Assembly: GCA_963674865.2 (NCBI GenBank)
Contig: CAXXYE010000009.1
Span: 1,696,001-1,760,000, forward strand
Reading direction: 5' to 3'
DNA from: Candidatus Hydrogenedentota bacterium
GTDB taxonomy: Bacteria; Hydrogenedentota; Hydrogenedentia; Hydrogenedentales; SLHB01
DNA: 64,000 nucleotides
In this document: one piece after another, positions 1 to 10,463 of the stretch
Layout: each line of letters opens with the position of its first letter
Numbering within the stretch: position 1 is the first letter of the stretch
The notes under the pieces: generated by a model
The model's input: only the letters and a program-made list of their open reading frames with translations
The model's database searches: none
What the model was told of the DNA's origin: nothing
Position numbers and translations under genes: made by a program

Positions 1-294
1 CTCGTGAAATCGTTTGCGCGCATTCACGAAACCAATCTCAAGAAACAGGGCATGCTGGCACTGACCTTTGCCGATCCGGCGGACTATGGCAAGGTCCTCG
101 AAGACGACGTCATCGACATTGTGGGCCTCACCGAGCTCGCGCCGGAAAGGTCGCTGAAAGTGCTGTTGCACCATGCTGACGGCGGCACGGACGAGGTAGA
201 GGTGCGGCATTCCTACAATGCGACGCAGATTGCCTGGTTCAAGGCGGGCAGCGCGCTCAACCTGCTCCGGGCCCAGGCGGCTGGGGGGGCATAG
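1..294 (+). CDS. aconitate hydratase, C-terminal swivel domain (5' end outside window)
   Basis: [21 protein letters not shown] and WFKAGSALN are typical of mitochondrial-type aconitase C-termini. Confidence 0.9.
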   Translation, partial: LVKSFARIHETNLKKQGMLALTFADPADYGKVLEDDVIDIVGLTELAPERSLKVLLHHADGGTDEVEVRHSYNATQIAWFKAGSALNLLRAQAAGGA

Positions 295-402
295 CCGCGT
301 CTAGCCGGCTGAACCGGGCGGTGTCGGCGGGCGAAACGGCTTGCCGAGAGTCACGCGTGGGGTGCCGTCGAGCTATCCGGTGACTGCGGGATTACGGAAG
401 TA

Positions 403-431
403 TTGCAATAGCGGCACAAAAGTGCTATATT
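403..431 (+). promoter_or_regulatory. putative sigma70 promoter for the RRM gene, giving a ~165-nt leader
   Basis: TTGCAA-17 nt-TATATT. Confidence 0.5.
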
Positions 432-602
432 CACGGTTGTTGCAACGGTGATGTTGTGGATGGAGTTTGTGAGCTTCGGTAAGCGATTTGTGCCAAAACC
501 TGCCGCGTGACTTCCTATCGATTTCATGCTCGCCTTGGATTGGACACCAAACGCATCGTGGGCTGCTCCACGCAACGGGAATCTTCGAAAGGGTGAAGAG
601 AA

Positions 603-887
603 ATGAATATCTACGTGGGGAACCTGTCGTACGACTCAACGGATGCCGACATCAGGGAGGCTTTCGAGAAGCACGGGCAGGTCGAAGATGTGCGCATCAT
701 CAAGGACAGGGAGACGGGGAGGTCGAAGGGCTTTGCTTTCGTGGAGATGTCGGATGATTCGCAGGCCCAGAAGGCGATTGCCGAGCTGGACGGGGCGGAT
801 TTCCTTGGCCGTCGGTTGAAAGTAAACGAGGCCCGTCCCCGTGAAGAGCGCCGGCCCCGAGGCGGCGGCGACTTCGGCCGCTACTAG
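603..887 (+). CDS. RRM (RNP-1) RNA-binding protein
   Basis: RNP2 IYVGNL, RNP1 KGFAFVEM, LKVNEARPR and an R/G-rich tail. Confidence 0.95.
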   Translation: MNIYVGNLSYDSTDADIREAFEKHGQVEDVRIIKDRETGRSKGFAFVEMSDDSQAQKAIAELDGADFLGRRLKVNEARPREERRPRGGGDFGRY

Positions 888-986
888 CAGGCACTCGAGC
901 GGTAAGCGTAAGTGCCCAGGAAACGGGGACTTGCGCTGGTTTTTGTCCCAGGTCGGTAGCGTCTCCTTTCTGCGGGAGAATGTTCG

Positions 987-1015
987 CCGCCCCCATGGTA
1001 GTGGGGGCGGTTTTT
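987..1015 (+). terminator. Rho-independent terminator
   Basis: CCGCCCCCAT-GGTA-GTGGGGGCGG hairpin followed by TTTTT. Confidence 0.8.
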
Positions 1016-1281
1016 GCTTTTCGGGCTCTCTAGGCCGCAATCCGGGGGTGTTCAGATACCAGTGCCGTCAGCGCTTGGGTGGCGCTTCGGGGCGGTTCTT
1101 GGGCCTCTCTATCCGCTCCCGCGGCCTGAGACAGCCGACTCGTTTGAGGAGCGGCGGGACGTGCAAAAATGGGCGACCCTCCGCTATTCTGATGGCGCCG
1201 GCGCACGTGAGCGCCGCCAGGTTTCGGGGGGCGGCACGTGCAGTCTACGCCGCAATGCGGTGAGAGAGCGAGGGATATGAG

Positions 1282-2031
1282 ATGGCAAAAAGTCTAATTG
1301 CGCTGGGTGCTTTGCTGCTTGTCGCGGTGTGCGCGCCCGCGGAGGTCCTGCCCGAGTACACGGTGCACCGAGCCACCGAACCGATTGAGATCGATGGCCG
1401 GATGACGGAGCCCTCGTGGCAGAACGCAAGGCCCGTAGGCGCGTTCGTGTTCCCCTGGTGGACGGCGGGCGAGAAAGAGCCAACAGACGCCCGCATGCTC
1501 TGGGATGACGCCAATCTCTACGTCTGCTTCATCGCCCAGGACAGGCATATCACGGCCACCCTCACCGAGCGGGACGGCCCCGTGTCGCTGGACGATTGCG
1601 TTGAAGTGTTCGTGGCGCCCGAGCCCGCCAATGTGAAAGCCTACTTCAACTTCGAGATCAACGCGCTGGGCACGCTGCTTGATCGCTCGCCGCGGAACAA
1701 CCGCAGCAAGCATTGGAATGCCGAAGGAGTCCAGATTGCCATTACCTGCGATGGCACGAGAAATGACGAGTCCGATGTCGATCGCTCCTGGACCACGGAG
1801 ATCGCCATCCCTTTCCTCAACTTCGAGGGCGTGGCCACGAACCTGCCCCCGAAGGACGGCGATCTCTGGCGGCTGAACCTGTACCGTATCGGCGGGAGAA
1901 TCAACGCCCAGTTCAGCGTTTGGTCGGATACGAGGACGGAGAAGCCTAGTTTTCATGTGCCTGAGCGGTTTGGCGTGGCCCGGTTTGCCATGAGTCCCGC
2001 CAAAAAACCGACAGGCTCGAAGGCCGAGTAG
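1282..2031 (+). CDS. secreted carbohydrate-binding family 9-like (DOMON-like) protein
   Basis: Signal peptide; IDG...W, LWDDANLY, DCVEVF, FEINALG, WTTEIAIPF, WRLNLYR and FHVPERFG motifs. Confidence 0.85.
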   Translation: MAKSLIALGALLLVAVCAPAEVLPEYTVHRATEPIEIDGRMTEPSWQNARPVGAFVFPWWTAGEKEPTDARMLWDDANLYVCFIAQDRHITATLTERDGPVSLDDCVEVFVAPEPANVKAYFNFEINALGTLLDRSPRNNRSKHWNAEGVQIAITCDGTRNDESDVDRSWTTEIAIPFLNFEGVATNLPPKDGDLWRLNLYRIGGRINAQFSVWSDTRTEKPSFHVPERFGVARFAMSPAKKPTGSKAE

Positions 2032-2084
2032 GTTGGAGGAGACTTCCGCATCTTCACCTGCACTCATTCCCCGCGAGCGCTGGT

Positions 2085-3299
2085 TCAGGCTTGGCCGTCG
2101 CGTCGTTCGACAACGACGATGCCATTTGACGTGACGCGGAAGCGTTTGGCGTCCTCTTGAAGGTCGTAGCCGATGACGGCGCCTTCGGGGATGTTGACGA
2201 ATTTCTCGACAATAGCCCGTCGAACGCGGGCGTGTCGCCCTATGCTTGCCGCTTCCATCAGAATGGACTCCTCGACATAGGAGTAGCTGTTGATGCGCAC
2301 GTCCGGCGAGAGAACTGAGCGCCGAACCATGCCCCCGCTTACGATACAGCCGGGGCTGACGACGCTATCGACGGCGACTCCGAAGCGGCCCTCCTGTTCG
2401 CCGAAAACGAATTTTGCGGGCGGCGCCACGCGATAGGCTGTGCGCAGAGGCCAGTCCCTATCGTATAGGTTGAACTCGGGCTCCACGGACACCAGGTCCA
2501 TGTGGGCTTCCCAGTAGGCGTCGATGGTGCCCACATCGCGCCAATACTTCGGGCTCTTTCGGTTCTCATCCTGAAAGGTGTATGCGTAGACCTTGTTTGA
2601 CTCGACCAAGCGTGGGACGATGTCCCGGCCGAAGTCGTGCGTCGTCTGTGTTCGCTCGGCATCTTCCGTGCATGCCCGGGTCAGCAAATCTGTGTTGAAC
2701 ACGTAGACTCCCATGGAAACGAGGGCGACGTTCGGCCTGCCGGGGATGGTCTTAGGCTTGGCGGGTTTTTCCTGGAATGCGACGACGCGCCCCGTGGCAT
2801 CTACTTCGAGCACGCCGAACCGACTAGCCTCGTCGGTTCGGGTCTCGATAGCCGCGATGGTGAGATCCGCACCGGCTTCCCGGTGGAATCCCACCATGCG
2901 CTCGTAGTTCATCTTGTAGATGTGGTCGCCCGACAGTATAAGGACCTCGCGCGGCCTTTCACGCTCAATCGAGTACAGATTCTGATATATGGCATCCGCG
3001 GTTCCGAGGTACCAGCTGTTGTTGACGCGCTGCTGGGGAGGGACGACTTCGATGAACTCGCCCAACTCCGAGTGCATGATGTCCCATCCATACCGAATAT
3101 GGCGCGACAGGGAGAGTGACTTGTACTGCACCAGAACCTGAATCCGGCGGCAGTTGGAGTTGATGCAGTTCGACAGAGAGAAATCGATGATCCGGTAGAG
3201 GCCCCCAAACGGCACGGCAGGTTTGGCCCGGTTTCGCGTCAACGGATGAAGGCGTTCCCCCGCCCCGCCGGCCAGGAGTATGGCGAGCACATGTTTCAC
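2085..3299 (-). CDS. glgC: glucose-1-phosphate adenylyltransferase
   Basis: LAGGAGERLHPLT, RAKPAVPFGG, YLGTADA, YWRDVGTID. Confidence 0.97.
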   Translation of the reverse strand: MKHVLAILLAGGAGERLHPLTRNRAKPAVPFGGLYRIIDFSLSNCINSNCRRIQVLVQYKSLSLSRHIRYGWDIMHSELGEFIEVVPPQQRVNNSWYLGTADAIYQNLYSIERERPREVLILSGDHIYKMNYERMVGFHREAGADLTIAAIETRTDEASRFGVLEVDATGRVVAFQEKPAKPKTIPGRPNVALVSMGVYVFNTDLLTRACTEDAERTQTTHDFGRDIVPRLVESNKVYAYTFQDENRKSPKYWRDVGTIDAYWEAHMDLVSVEPEFNLYDRDWPLRTAYRVAPPAKFVFGEQEGRFGVAVDSVVSPGCIVSGGMVRRSVLSPDVRINSYSYVEESILMEAASIGRHARVRRAIVEKFVNIPEGAVIGYDLQEDAKRFRVTSNGIVVVERRDGQA

Positions 3300-3934
3300 G
3301 AGGTGGCCCCCTCAATTCCCACGAAGGCTCTGCAAGGTGCGCCGTCTGCCTCGTACAAGGGCAGCGGCAGAACCGTAAACCGGCAGGCTCCGGCGGGCGC
3401 CTCCGCAAGGCGAAGTCCCTCGACCACGAGGATGTTGCTGCGTAGCAGGCGCCGGTGCGTCAATGCGCCCTCTTCCCCAAATGGGCCGACCGATAGGTAG
3501 TCTACTCCGACCAAGCGCACGCCGTCGTTGACGAGCCGCTGCGCCGCATCCTCGCTCAACGCCACGAAATCCTCTCGGAACGGCTCGCCCAAGGGCAAGG
3601 CCGAGTTCCGCGTCTTGAAAAGCACGCGGGGGGGGAGGGGGGAATCGCCCAGATCGTCCACGCCGATTACGCCGGCCTCGGCGAATTCGAGTACAAGAGC
3701 TTCGCCGAAGAAGAGCGCCGTGTCCATCTCGTGAAGGCGCTTCCCGTCCTCCTCGCCATGCCACGGCGCATCCACGTGCGTGCCTGTGTGCGTTCCAAGC
3801 CCTACCCAGGAGACATTGCTCGTATCTCCCTGCGCAATGCGCCTGAACGGCTTAAGCTCGAAGGCCGGGTCCCCCGGCCACACGGTCATGTCCGTGTGCA
3901 TGGGGAGGCTGACATCGACCCAGCGTATGCTCAT
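3296..3934 (-). CDS. cyclase-family metal hydrolase (kynurenine formamidase-like)
   Basis: HTGTHVDAPWH, GVDYLSV and DGAPCRA motifs. Confidence 0.9.
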   Translation of the reverse strand: MSIRWVDVSLPMHTDMTVWPGDPAFELKPFRRIAQGDTSNVSWVGLGTHTGTHVDAPWHGEEDGKRLHEMDTALFFGEALVLEFAEAGVIGVDDLGDSPLPPRVLFKTRNSALPLGEPFREDFVALSEDAAQRLVNDGVRLVGVDYLSVGPFGEEGALTHRRLLRSNILVVEGLRLAEAPAGACRFTVLPLPLYEADGAPCRAFVGIEGATS

Positions 3935-4674
3935 TGGGCATTCCTCGTCACTCGTTGTAGAGCCGCGGGGTCCAGCACCCTGACGCGGCGGTTGGCCATC
4001 TCCAGGATACCTTGTTTCCGAAGGCTGTGCAGGACACCGGTGGTCGTTTCGCGCGTTGAGCCAACGAGATTGGCAATATCTTGATGGGTCACGCGCAGCG
4101 TGCCATCCTCTTCATTCGGTGCGCGTTGATACAATCGCAGCAGCCCTGAGGCCACGCGGCACCGCACCGAGTTAAATACCGTCTCGCTAAGGACTTGTTC
4201 CGTCTCAATCACACGGCGACACAAGCTCTTGGCCACCATTAGGCTAATCTCGCCTTCTTCTGCCGCCAAGCGGCGGAAGTCGTCCGCCCGCAGTAGGCAC
4301 AACACCGTCGACTCCATGGCCTCCGCGTAAGCCCCCCTGTGCGAGTCCTTGACCAATGCTTCCTCACCGAGGATATCACCTGGAAAGAGATGCCGGAATG
4401 TCAGTTCCCGCCCGTCCCCTGACACGCGCGTCACTTTCACCCGGCCGCTCCGGACCCAATAGACGTAGTCGCACGAATCATCGGGAAAATAGATGATCTG
4501 ACGGAACTCGTATTCGCGGTGATACACGTAATCCTGCAGGCGAGAAACGACGTGCTCACTCATTTCGCGGAAAAAGGGCTCATCGTGGAGAGAAAGGACG
4601 AAACCTATCGTTCGCTTCATCTGAACCGACTCCGGACCGCGCGCCATGGGAGAAGACATATCCCGTGTGCCCAA
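3931..4674 (-). CDS. Crp/Fnr family transcriptional regulator
   Basis: cNMP-binding domain (GRVKV...GDILGE) and HTH THQDIANLVGSTRETTT; true start may be slightly downstream. Confidence 0.92.
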   Translation of the reverse strand: MGTRDMSSPMARGPESVQMKRTIGFVLSLHDEPFFREMSEHVVSRLQDYVYHREYEFRQIIYFPDDSCDYVYWVRSGRVKVTRVSGDGRELTFRHLFPGDILGEEALVKDSHRGAYAEAMESTVLCLLRADDFRRLAAEEGEISLMVAKSLCRRVIETEQVLSETVFNSVRCRVASGLLRLYQRAPNEEDGTLRVTHQDIANLVGSTRETTTGVLHSLRKQGILEMANRRVRVLDPAALQRVTRNAQ

Positions 4675-4826
4675 GTCCTATTCCATCCCCGTACAGCCTA
4701 TCCAATATATCAGAACACCCCAACCTTGTCATTTGCAAGCAAGTGCAATGATGCCGGCATGATTCGTTTGTGCCGGGTCAACCGGATGCGGGCCGGTTGA
4801 CAGAGCGCCGACCGGCAGGATCAAGG

Positions 4827-6629
4827 TCAGAAGGGCCAGATGACCGGCACAAGCACCGTCGCTAACACCAAGAGGCTCAAACTGAGCGGCAAGCCGACAC
4901 GGACGAAGTCGGTGTAGCGGTATCCGCCGGGCCCGTAGACCATGAGATTGGTTTGGTATCCCAGAGGCGTGACGAATGTAGAGGCCGCAGCGAACATAAT
5001 GGCCATCACGAACGGACGTGGGCTAAGGCCCATCTGCCCCGCGATTCCCAAGGCAACAGGAAACATCAAGACCGCCGCCGCGCGATTCGTTATTATCTCG
5101 CTCAGAATGGTTGTGGCCAGATACGCGAACGCCAATATGACGTGAGGCCCCATGCTCCCAACTGCCTGCACGACTTTCGCGCTGACAAGTTCGGCGCAAC
5201 CGGTTTTCTCGAGGGCCTTTCCGAGGGCCAATGCGGCGCCAATCGTCAGCAAGGTTTGCCAATCGACGGCCTGCCTTGCCACGCCCGCGGAGATGCAGCG
5301 GGTAGCGACCATCAGCCCGGCTATCAAGAACGCCGCCAGTACAATAGGAACAACGCCCGTCGCTATCAGGATCAACAGGCCCCCCAGCAGCCCGATTGAC
5401 AGCAAGCTCTTCTCATGGCGAACGGGCCGGGCTTCTTCGATGCCGCTTACGAGGCAGAAATCGGGGTTGTTGCGGTGGGCGCGAGTGAAGTGCGGCCCGG
5501 TCTGGAGCAGCAGTGCGTCGCCGCTCTGCACGACAATGTCCCCTACGCGGCCCCTCAAGCGTTCACCTCCACGATGGACGGCGAGAATGGCGGCGTTGTA
5601 CCTAGCTCGGAAGTCGGCGTCGCGGACACTGAGGCCGATGAGCGGCGACGTACTGGACACAACCGCCTCGCACAGGGAGCGGTCGAAGGTGTCTGTCGTG
5701 GCCCTTTCCTTGTCCGGTTCCGTCACCGCAATCAAGCCATGGATTCGCTCAAGATCGATGATGGTACCGACCACGCCCGTGAAAGTAAGCACGTCGTCTG
5801 CCCGCAAGATGAGGTCGGGCTGCACCGGCGCGATCACCTGTTCTCCCCGTACCACCTCCGTCAGAAACAGGCCCGACAAATGCCGCAATCCGCCACCTTC
5901 CACGCTCTGGTCAGCCAGTCGGCACCCGCGCCCGATTCGCATATTGAGAAGGTATTCGCGGCGCAAATTGCCCAGGTTCTCGATGAGATCCTTGCGATCC
6001 GGCAGTAGGCGGCGTCCGACGAGAAGTAGGTATACGAATCCCACGACTGCGAAAGGTACACCGAGCGGACTCAATTCAAACAGGCTAAGGGGCTCCAGGA
6101 ATTGGCCCAGTGCCGGGCGTTTGTTAACGGCGTCGAGGATCAGCCCGTTCACCACAAGGTTAGTGCTTGTGCCGACAAGGGTACACGTGCCGCCCAGAAT
6201 CGCCAGGTAGGACAAAGGGATTAACAGGCGGGACGGCGACACCCCGTGGTGTCGGCACCATTGTCTCAGCAGCGGGACAAACATCGCCACAATGGGCGTG
6301 TTGTTCAGAAAGGCCGACATCACAGTGATCGGCACCGTCATCCTGACAAAGGCGTCCCGCTCAGTCCGCGCCCTGCCCAAGATAAGGGCGCTTACACGAT
6401 CCATGGCTCCCGTCTCGCGCATGGCGGCGGCGACTACGTAGAGCGCTGCAATGGTCAGCACTGCCGGATTCACGAATCCCGCGAAGACCTCTCCTGCGTC
6501 GAGAATCCCCAAGAGACCCAAACAGACTGTGCCGCCCATGAGAAGCATGTCGGGCGGGCCGAGGTTTGTCGCCAAGGCTGTGAGCGTCGCCACGATGATG
6601 CCTGAGGTCGCCCAGATCTCCCAATTCAC
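4827..6629 (-). CDS. SLC13-family permease with TrkA-C domains (sulfate/dicarboxylate transporter)
   Basis: SAFLNNTP, GGTCTLVGTSTN, TPLGYQTNLMVYGPGGY and a central pair of RCK_C domains. Confidence 0.92.
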   Translation of the reverse strand: MNWEIWATSGIIVATLTALATNLGPPDMLLMGGTVCLGLLGILDAGEVFAGFVNPAVLTIAALYVVAAAMRETGAMDRVSALILGRARTERDAFVRMTVPITVMSAFLNNTPIVAMFVPLLRQWCRHHGVSPSRLLIPLSYLAILGGTCTLVGTSTNLVVNGLILDAVNKRPALGQFLEPLSLFELSPLGVPFAVVGFVYLLLVGRRLLPDRKDLIENLGNLRREYLLNMRIGRGCRLADQSVEGGGLRHLSGLFLTEVVRGEQVIAPVQPDLILRADDVLTFTGVVGTIIDLERIHGLIAVTEPDKERATTDTFDRSLCEAVVSSTSPLIGLSVRDADFRARYNAAILAVHRGGERLRGRVGDIVVQSGDALLLQTGPHFTRAHRNNPDFCLVSGIEEARPVRHEKSLLSIGLLGGLLILIATGVVPIVLAAFLIAGLMVATRCISAGVARQAVDWQTLLTIGAALALGKALEKTGCAELVSAKVVQAVGSMGPHVILAFAYLATTILSEIITNRAAAVLMFPVALGIAGQMGLSPRPFVMAIMFAAASTFVTPLGYQTNLMVYGPGGYRYTDFVRVGLPLSLSLLVLATVLVPVIWPF

Positions 6630-7094
6630 GGTACCTACTCCTTGGTGATTTCAGGCGCGGAGTGCAATACCTCACCTGAGTTGATCACTTGATGGAAGAT
6701 GACAGCATACTCCTTTCGGAAGAGCACACTGAGGGCGAGAACCAGCCCGAAGAAGTGCACCCACGGCCCTGATCAAACGCGAAGCCATGAGAAAAGGGCG
6801 CTTCTGTGCTTTGGACGGCTGCCCCTAAGGCACACCAATCCGCAAGTTCCCTATACGGAAACGCCTGCAACCGTCAGAGGCTCATTTCCCGTAATTGTAG
6901 TTCCGTTTGCCCGTACCGTCAATGCCACTACCCGTCATCAGGCCCATCTTATGGGGGCCGTTAACAGCCTGGCAGACTCGGTCATAAGCGCCTGGGCCGA
7001 CTCACTCCTTGCACCATGCGTCGTTGCCGTGGCAGAGTAGGCGGGCGTTATTTGGGAAGGAGCGACTCTTCGGGATCTATACGAAAGGATATCC

Positions 7095-8474
7095 ATGCGT
7101 ATAACGTCATACGGCGCCGCCCAGGGAGTTACCGGCAGTAAGCACCTCATCGAAGTCAACGGACACCGCGTTCTCCTGGATTGCGGTATGTTTCAAGGCA
7201 AACGCGAAGAAACCGCTCGCAAGAACCGCCAACTTCCTATCCCTGTCGAGGATATCCACGCCGTCGTTCTCTCGCACGCCCACATCGACCACAGCGGAAT
7301 TCTGCCCGTTCTTGCCAAACACAACTACGCCGGACGCGTTTTCACCACGATGGCCACCCGCGATCTATGCGCCATCATGCTTCTCGATAGTGCCCACATT
7401 CAGGAGCGCGACGCCCGGTGGCTATCACGGCGCAACGAGACGTTTGTTGCCCCCATCTATGGCGAAGAGGACGCTCGAGAGATCATCCGCCACTTCATCT
7501 GCATCCCCTACGATATGCCGATCGATGTCGTCCCCGGCCTGCGCGTGACTTTCAAGGATGCAGGCCATGTCCTCGGTTCGGCGATGATCCTCCTTGAGTT
7601 CGAGGAGAACGGCAAGCAGCGCAAGGTTATCTACAGCGGAGACATCGGTCGCAGGAACATGCCTATCCTCGACGATCCCTGGGAGCCGGACGACGCCGAC
7701 GTGGTCATCATGGAGAGTACCTACGGCGACCGCGATCACGACCCCATCGAAACTCTGGACGACAAACTCGCCGATGTGGTCAACCGCACGTACAAGCGTG
7801 GCGGAAAGCTCATCGTGCCCTCCTTCGCCCTCGAGCGCGCCCAGGAGTTCATCTACGCCCTCAAGCGTCTCGAAAGTCAGAATCGCATCCCCGACATCCC
7901 CGTGTTCGTCGATAGTCCCCTCACCGTCAACATCACCGAGGTGTTCCGCCTCCACGCCGACCTGTTCGACGAGGATCTACAGCACATTATGGAGGAATCC
8001 GGCAATCCCTTCGAACTGAAGCGCATCACCTATATCCGCAATGTCGAAGAGTCCAAGCGGCTCAATGGCATCAAAGAACCCGCCATCATCATCTCCGCCT
8101 CCGGCATGTGCGAGTTCGGGCGCATCCTCCACCACCTGCGCAATAACATCGGCGACAGACGCAACACCATCCTCATCATTGGCTTCCAGGCCAAGAATAC
8201 TCTTGGACGCCGCATCGTCGAGCGCGAGCGCCAGGTAAAGATTTTCGGCATCAAACACGACCTCGTCGCCGAGGTCAAAGTGCTGAACTCCTTGAGCGCC
8301 CACGCCGGCCGCTCCGAGCTCATCGATTTTGGGAAGCGCTTCAAAGACCGCGCCGAGAAGGTCCTCCTTGTCCACGGTGAAAACGGCGCCCTCGCAGCCC
8401 TCCAATCCGGCCTCCAAGCCGAAGGTTGTACCAACACCCACATCCAGGAAGAAGGCGTTCCCATCGAGTTCTGA
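7095..8474 (+). CDS. metallo-beta-lactamase/beta-CASP ribonuclease
   Basis: SHAHIDHSG, AGHVLGS, MESTYG, SASGMCE, SAHAG. Confidence 0.93.
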   Translation: MRITSYGAAQGVTGSKHLIEVNGHRVLLDCGMFQGKREETARKNRQLPIPVEDIHAVVLSHAHIDHSGILPVLAKHNYAGRVFTTMATRDLCAIMLLDSAHIQERDARWLSRRNETFVAPIYGEEDAREIIRHFICIPYDMPIDVVPGLRVTFKDAGHVLGSAMILLEFEENGKQRKVIYSGDIGRRNMPILDDPWEPDDADVVIMESTYGDRDHDPIETLDDKLADVVNRTYKRGGKLIVPSFALERAQEFIYALKRLESQNRIPDIPVFVDSPLTVNITEVFRLHADLFDEDLQHIMEESGNPFELKRITYIRNVEESKRLNGIKEPAIIISASGMCEFGRILHHLRNNIGDRRNTILIIGFQAKNTLGRRIVERERQVKIFGIKHDLVAEVKVLNSLSAHAGRSELIDFGKRFKDRAEKVLLVHGENGALAALQSGLQAEGCTNTHIQEEGVPIEF

Positions 8475-8613
8475 GAGCCGTGGAGCAGGCATGGGCCAAC
8501 GCTCGGCGGTAAGAGAGTCCCACGGATTGGAACGCCCGTTTGATGTTCGTGAGGTCAAGGATATCTCGTAGCGAGACGCACTCCGCCGTTGTGCCGGCGT
8601 CAAGGACGAACCT

Positions 8614-9330
8614 CTGGCAGCCCGTGGCAGAAGCCTCTTTGTGGCGAGGCATCTCAGGCGACGCCAAGCGAACGTTGCGGAAATTATCGGAGCCCCTGTT
8701 GCCTTCCGGAGGCGGATATGCGCCCAGACGGCGCCTCCGAAGGCGCTTAGGCGTTTTGCCGGCGCGATCTGACGGTTTTTTGTTCCCCTTGCGAGCTGTT
8801 CATGTAAGTCCTTGGGCGTTCCGAATCCGGTCACCCGCCGGAAGATGAGACTGAGGTTGAAGGCGCCCACGTGAATGAGCAGGCGTTTGAGGATGTTGTC
8901 GTGATGGCGCAGATGGGTGCGCCGCATCGCGCGTCTCGTAGCAGTGGGCGAAGCTGTGCTCGATGAGTTCGCCGCGTTTGCGCAGCAGTTTCTTGCCGTA
9001 CGCGCCGCGGATGCGTCTGCGGTTGCATAGACCGCGTCGCGTTCCTCGGTTTTGCCTTCCCACTTGCGCCGGCCCCGCTTGGTCTTGCTCATGTACGTCC
9101 TCAAGCCCGCCTCTTGCAGGTCGCGCGTGGTGTCATTGCTGTGGTACCCCTTATCCAGAACCACTTCCCGGGGCGGCTCGAGATGGCGGCGCGCCTCGGC
9201 TTCCGCGGCGGCCGTCTGGAGGTTTTCCCGCGCCTCATCCAGCGTCGGCTTCACCGTCTCCGTATCGCCGAGGTCGGCATGGTGAAGCGTCACCGAAAGG
9301 ACCGCGCCCGTTCCGCATGACACGCGTGTT
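8614..9330 (-). pseudogene. 5'-truncated, frameshifted IS1182/IS5-like DDE transposase remnant with its right end
   Basis: Segments EVVLDKGYHS, NRRRIRG..GKKLLRKRGELIEHSFAHCYET and MRRTHLR..NILKRLLIH..FNL lie in different frames; end motif TTCTGCCACGGGCTGCCAG on the minus strand. Confidence 0.8.
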
Positions 9331-9387
9331 GTCTCGCTATGCGGTTGTGAGAAGAGCGGGTCGGGGGAACGGAGCTGAGAAAACGCC

Positions 9388-10449
9388 TCAGGGCTCCTGC
9401 ACGAGCACGTTGGTGGCGAGGTCCGCCTGGACCTGGGTGTAGGGGCTGCCGGCCGGGCGGCATTCCAGTAGCGGCTGTATCCTCTCATACACCTGTTTGC
9501 TGAGCACGGCAATATTGTACACCGGTTCGCCCGGCTTGACGACGGGCATCGTGGTCATGCCCAGCACAATGCCGTTAACCGGCGCTGGGATGCAACTCTT
9601 ATCACGCCCGAAGATGCTCGAACACGTGGCAAGGCAATCGCCCCTGCGGACGAGTTGCCCGGGAGATGCGTGAAATGTGAGGAGCCCGCCTTGCTCCGCC
9701 CGCACCCAAGTCGTCTTCTTGACGGCCACGCGAAACGCGGGGGAGTCGGGGACGCCGCGAATCATCCGGAGCGATTTCAGCACGTTGAGGCAACCGCGAA
9801 CTCCCACCGCTACGACGCCCGGCTCGATCTTCCAGACCTCCCCCGCTTCGACGAGGATGATGGGCACGCCGGCTTCCCCGGCTACACGGCGGAGTGAGCC
9901 CTTCGGCCCGGCCGAGTGAACCACGAGTTCGCATCCAAACGCCTCGGCGATCTTCTCCACGCCCGGAACGAGGAGATTGGCGCGCACGTTCGGGTAGTTC
10001 GTCCGGCGAACCGCGGCGCTGTGGAAGTCGATGGCGTAGTCACACTGGCGGATGATCTTGGAGAAAATGGCGTGGGCCAGGCGCCGGGCGAGACTGCCCG
10101 AGGGAGAGCCCGGAAAGCACCGGTTCAAATCGCGCCGATCGGGCATATAGCGCGCATGCCGCTCCAGGCCGTAGATATTGACCACCGGGACGCACACGAG
10201 CGTGCCCATCAGCAAATCCGGCGGGGCGTTGTAAGCAAGCTCCCGGACGATTCCCATGCCGTTGAGTTCATCACCATGGACTACGCCCGTCAGGCACACC
10301 GTAGGGCCCGGCGTGGTCGCCCGAATGACGTGAACTGGAACCGAAACGGGTTTTCCGAGATAGGACTCGCCGAATTGGACTTCGATACTTGCCGTCTGCC
10401 CCAGTTCGATGGAGCGCTCCTCGATGATAAGCGGCTGTCCTCTGTCCAC
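9388..10449 (-). CDS. succinylglutamate desuccinylase/aspartoacylase-family (M14) protein
   Basis: HGDELNG, RDLNRCFPG, IDFHS; GTG start at 10449 after an AAGGAG RBS. Confidence 0.9.
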   Translation of the reverse strand: MDRGQPLIIEERSIELGQTASIEVQFGESYLGKPVSVPVHVIRATTPGPTVCLTGVVHGDELNGMGIVRELAYNAPPDLLMGTLVCVPVVNIYGLERHARYMPDRRDLNRCFPGSPSGSLARRLAHAIFSKIIRQCDYAIDFHSAAVRRTNYPNVRANLLVPGVEKIAEAFGCELVVHSAGPKGSLRRVAGEAGVPIILVEAGEVWKIEPGVVAVGVRGCLNVLKSLRMIRGVPDSPAFRVAVKKTTWVRAEQGGLLTFHASPGQLVRRGDCLATCSSIFGRDKSCIPAPVNGIVLGMTTMPVVKPGEPVYNIAVLSKQVYERIQPLLECRPAGSPYTQVQADLATNVLVQEP

Positions 10450-10463
10450 GGGACTCCTTTCGG

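Noticed and set aside
559..566. TGGGCTGC in the RRM leader as a target of the ncRNA loop motif
   Set aside because: An 8-nt GC-rich match is expected by chance in a window of this size
7977..9512. 511-aa minus-strand ORF
   Set aside because: Chimera of transposase remnant frames and antisense of the beta-CASP gene
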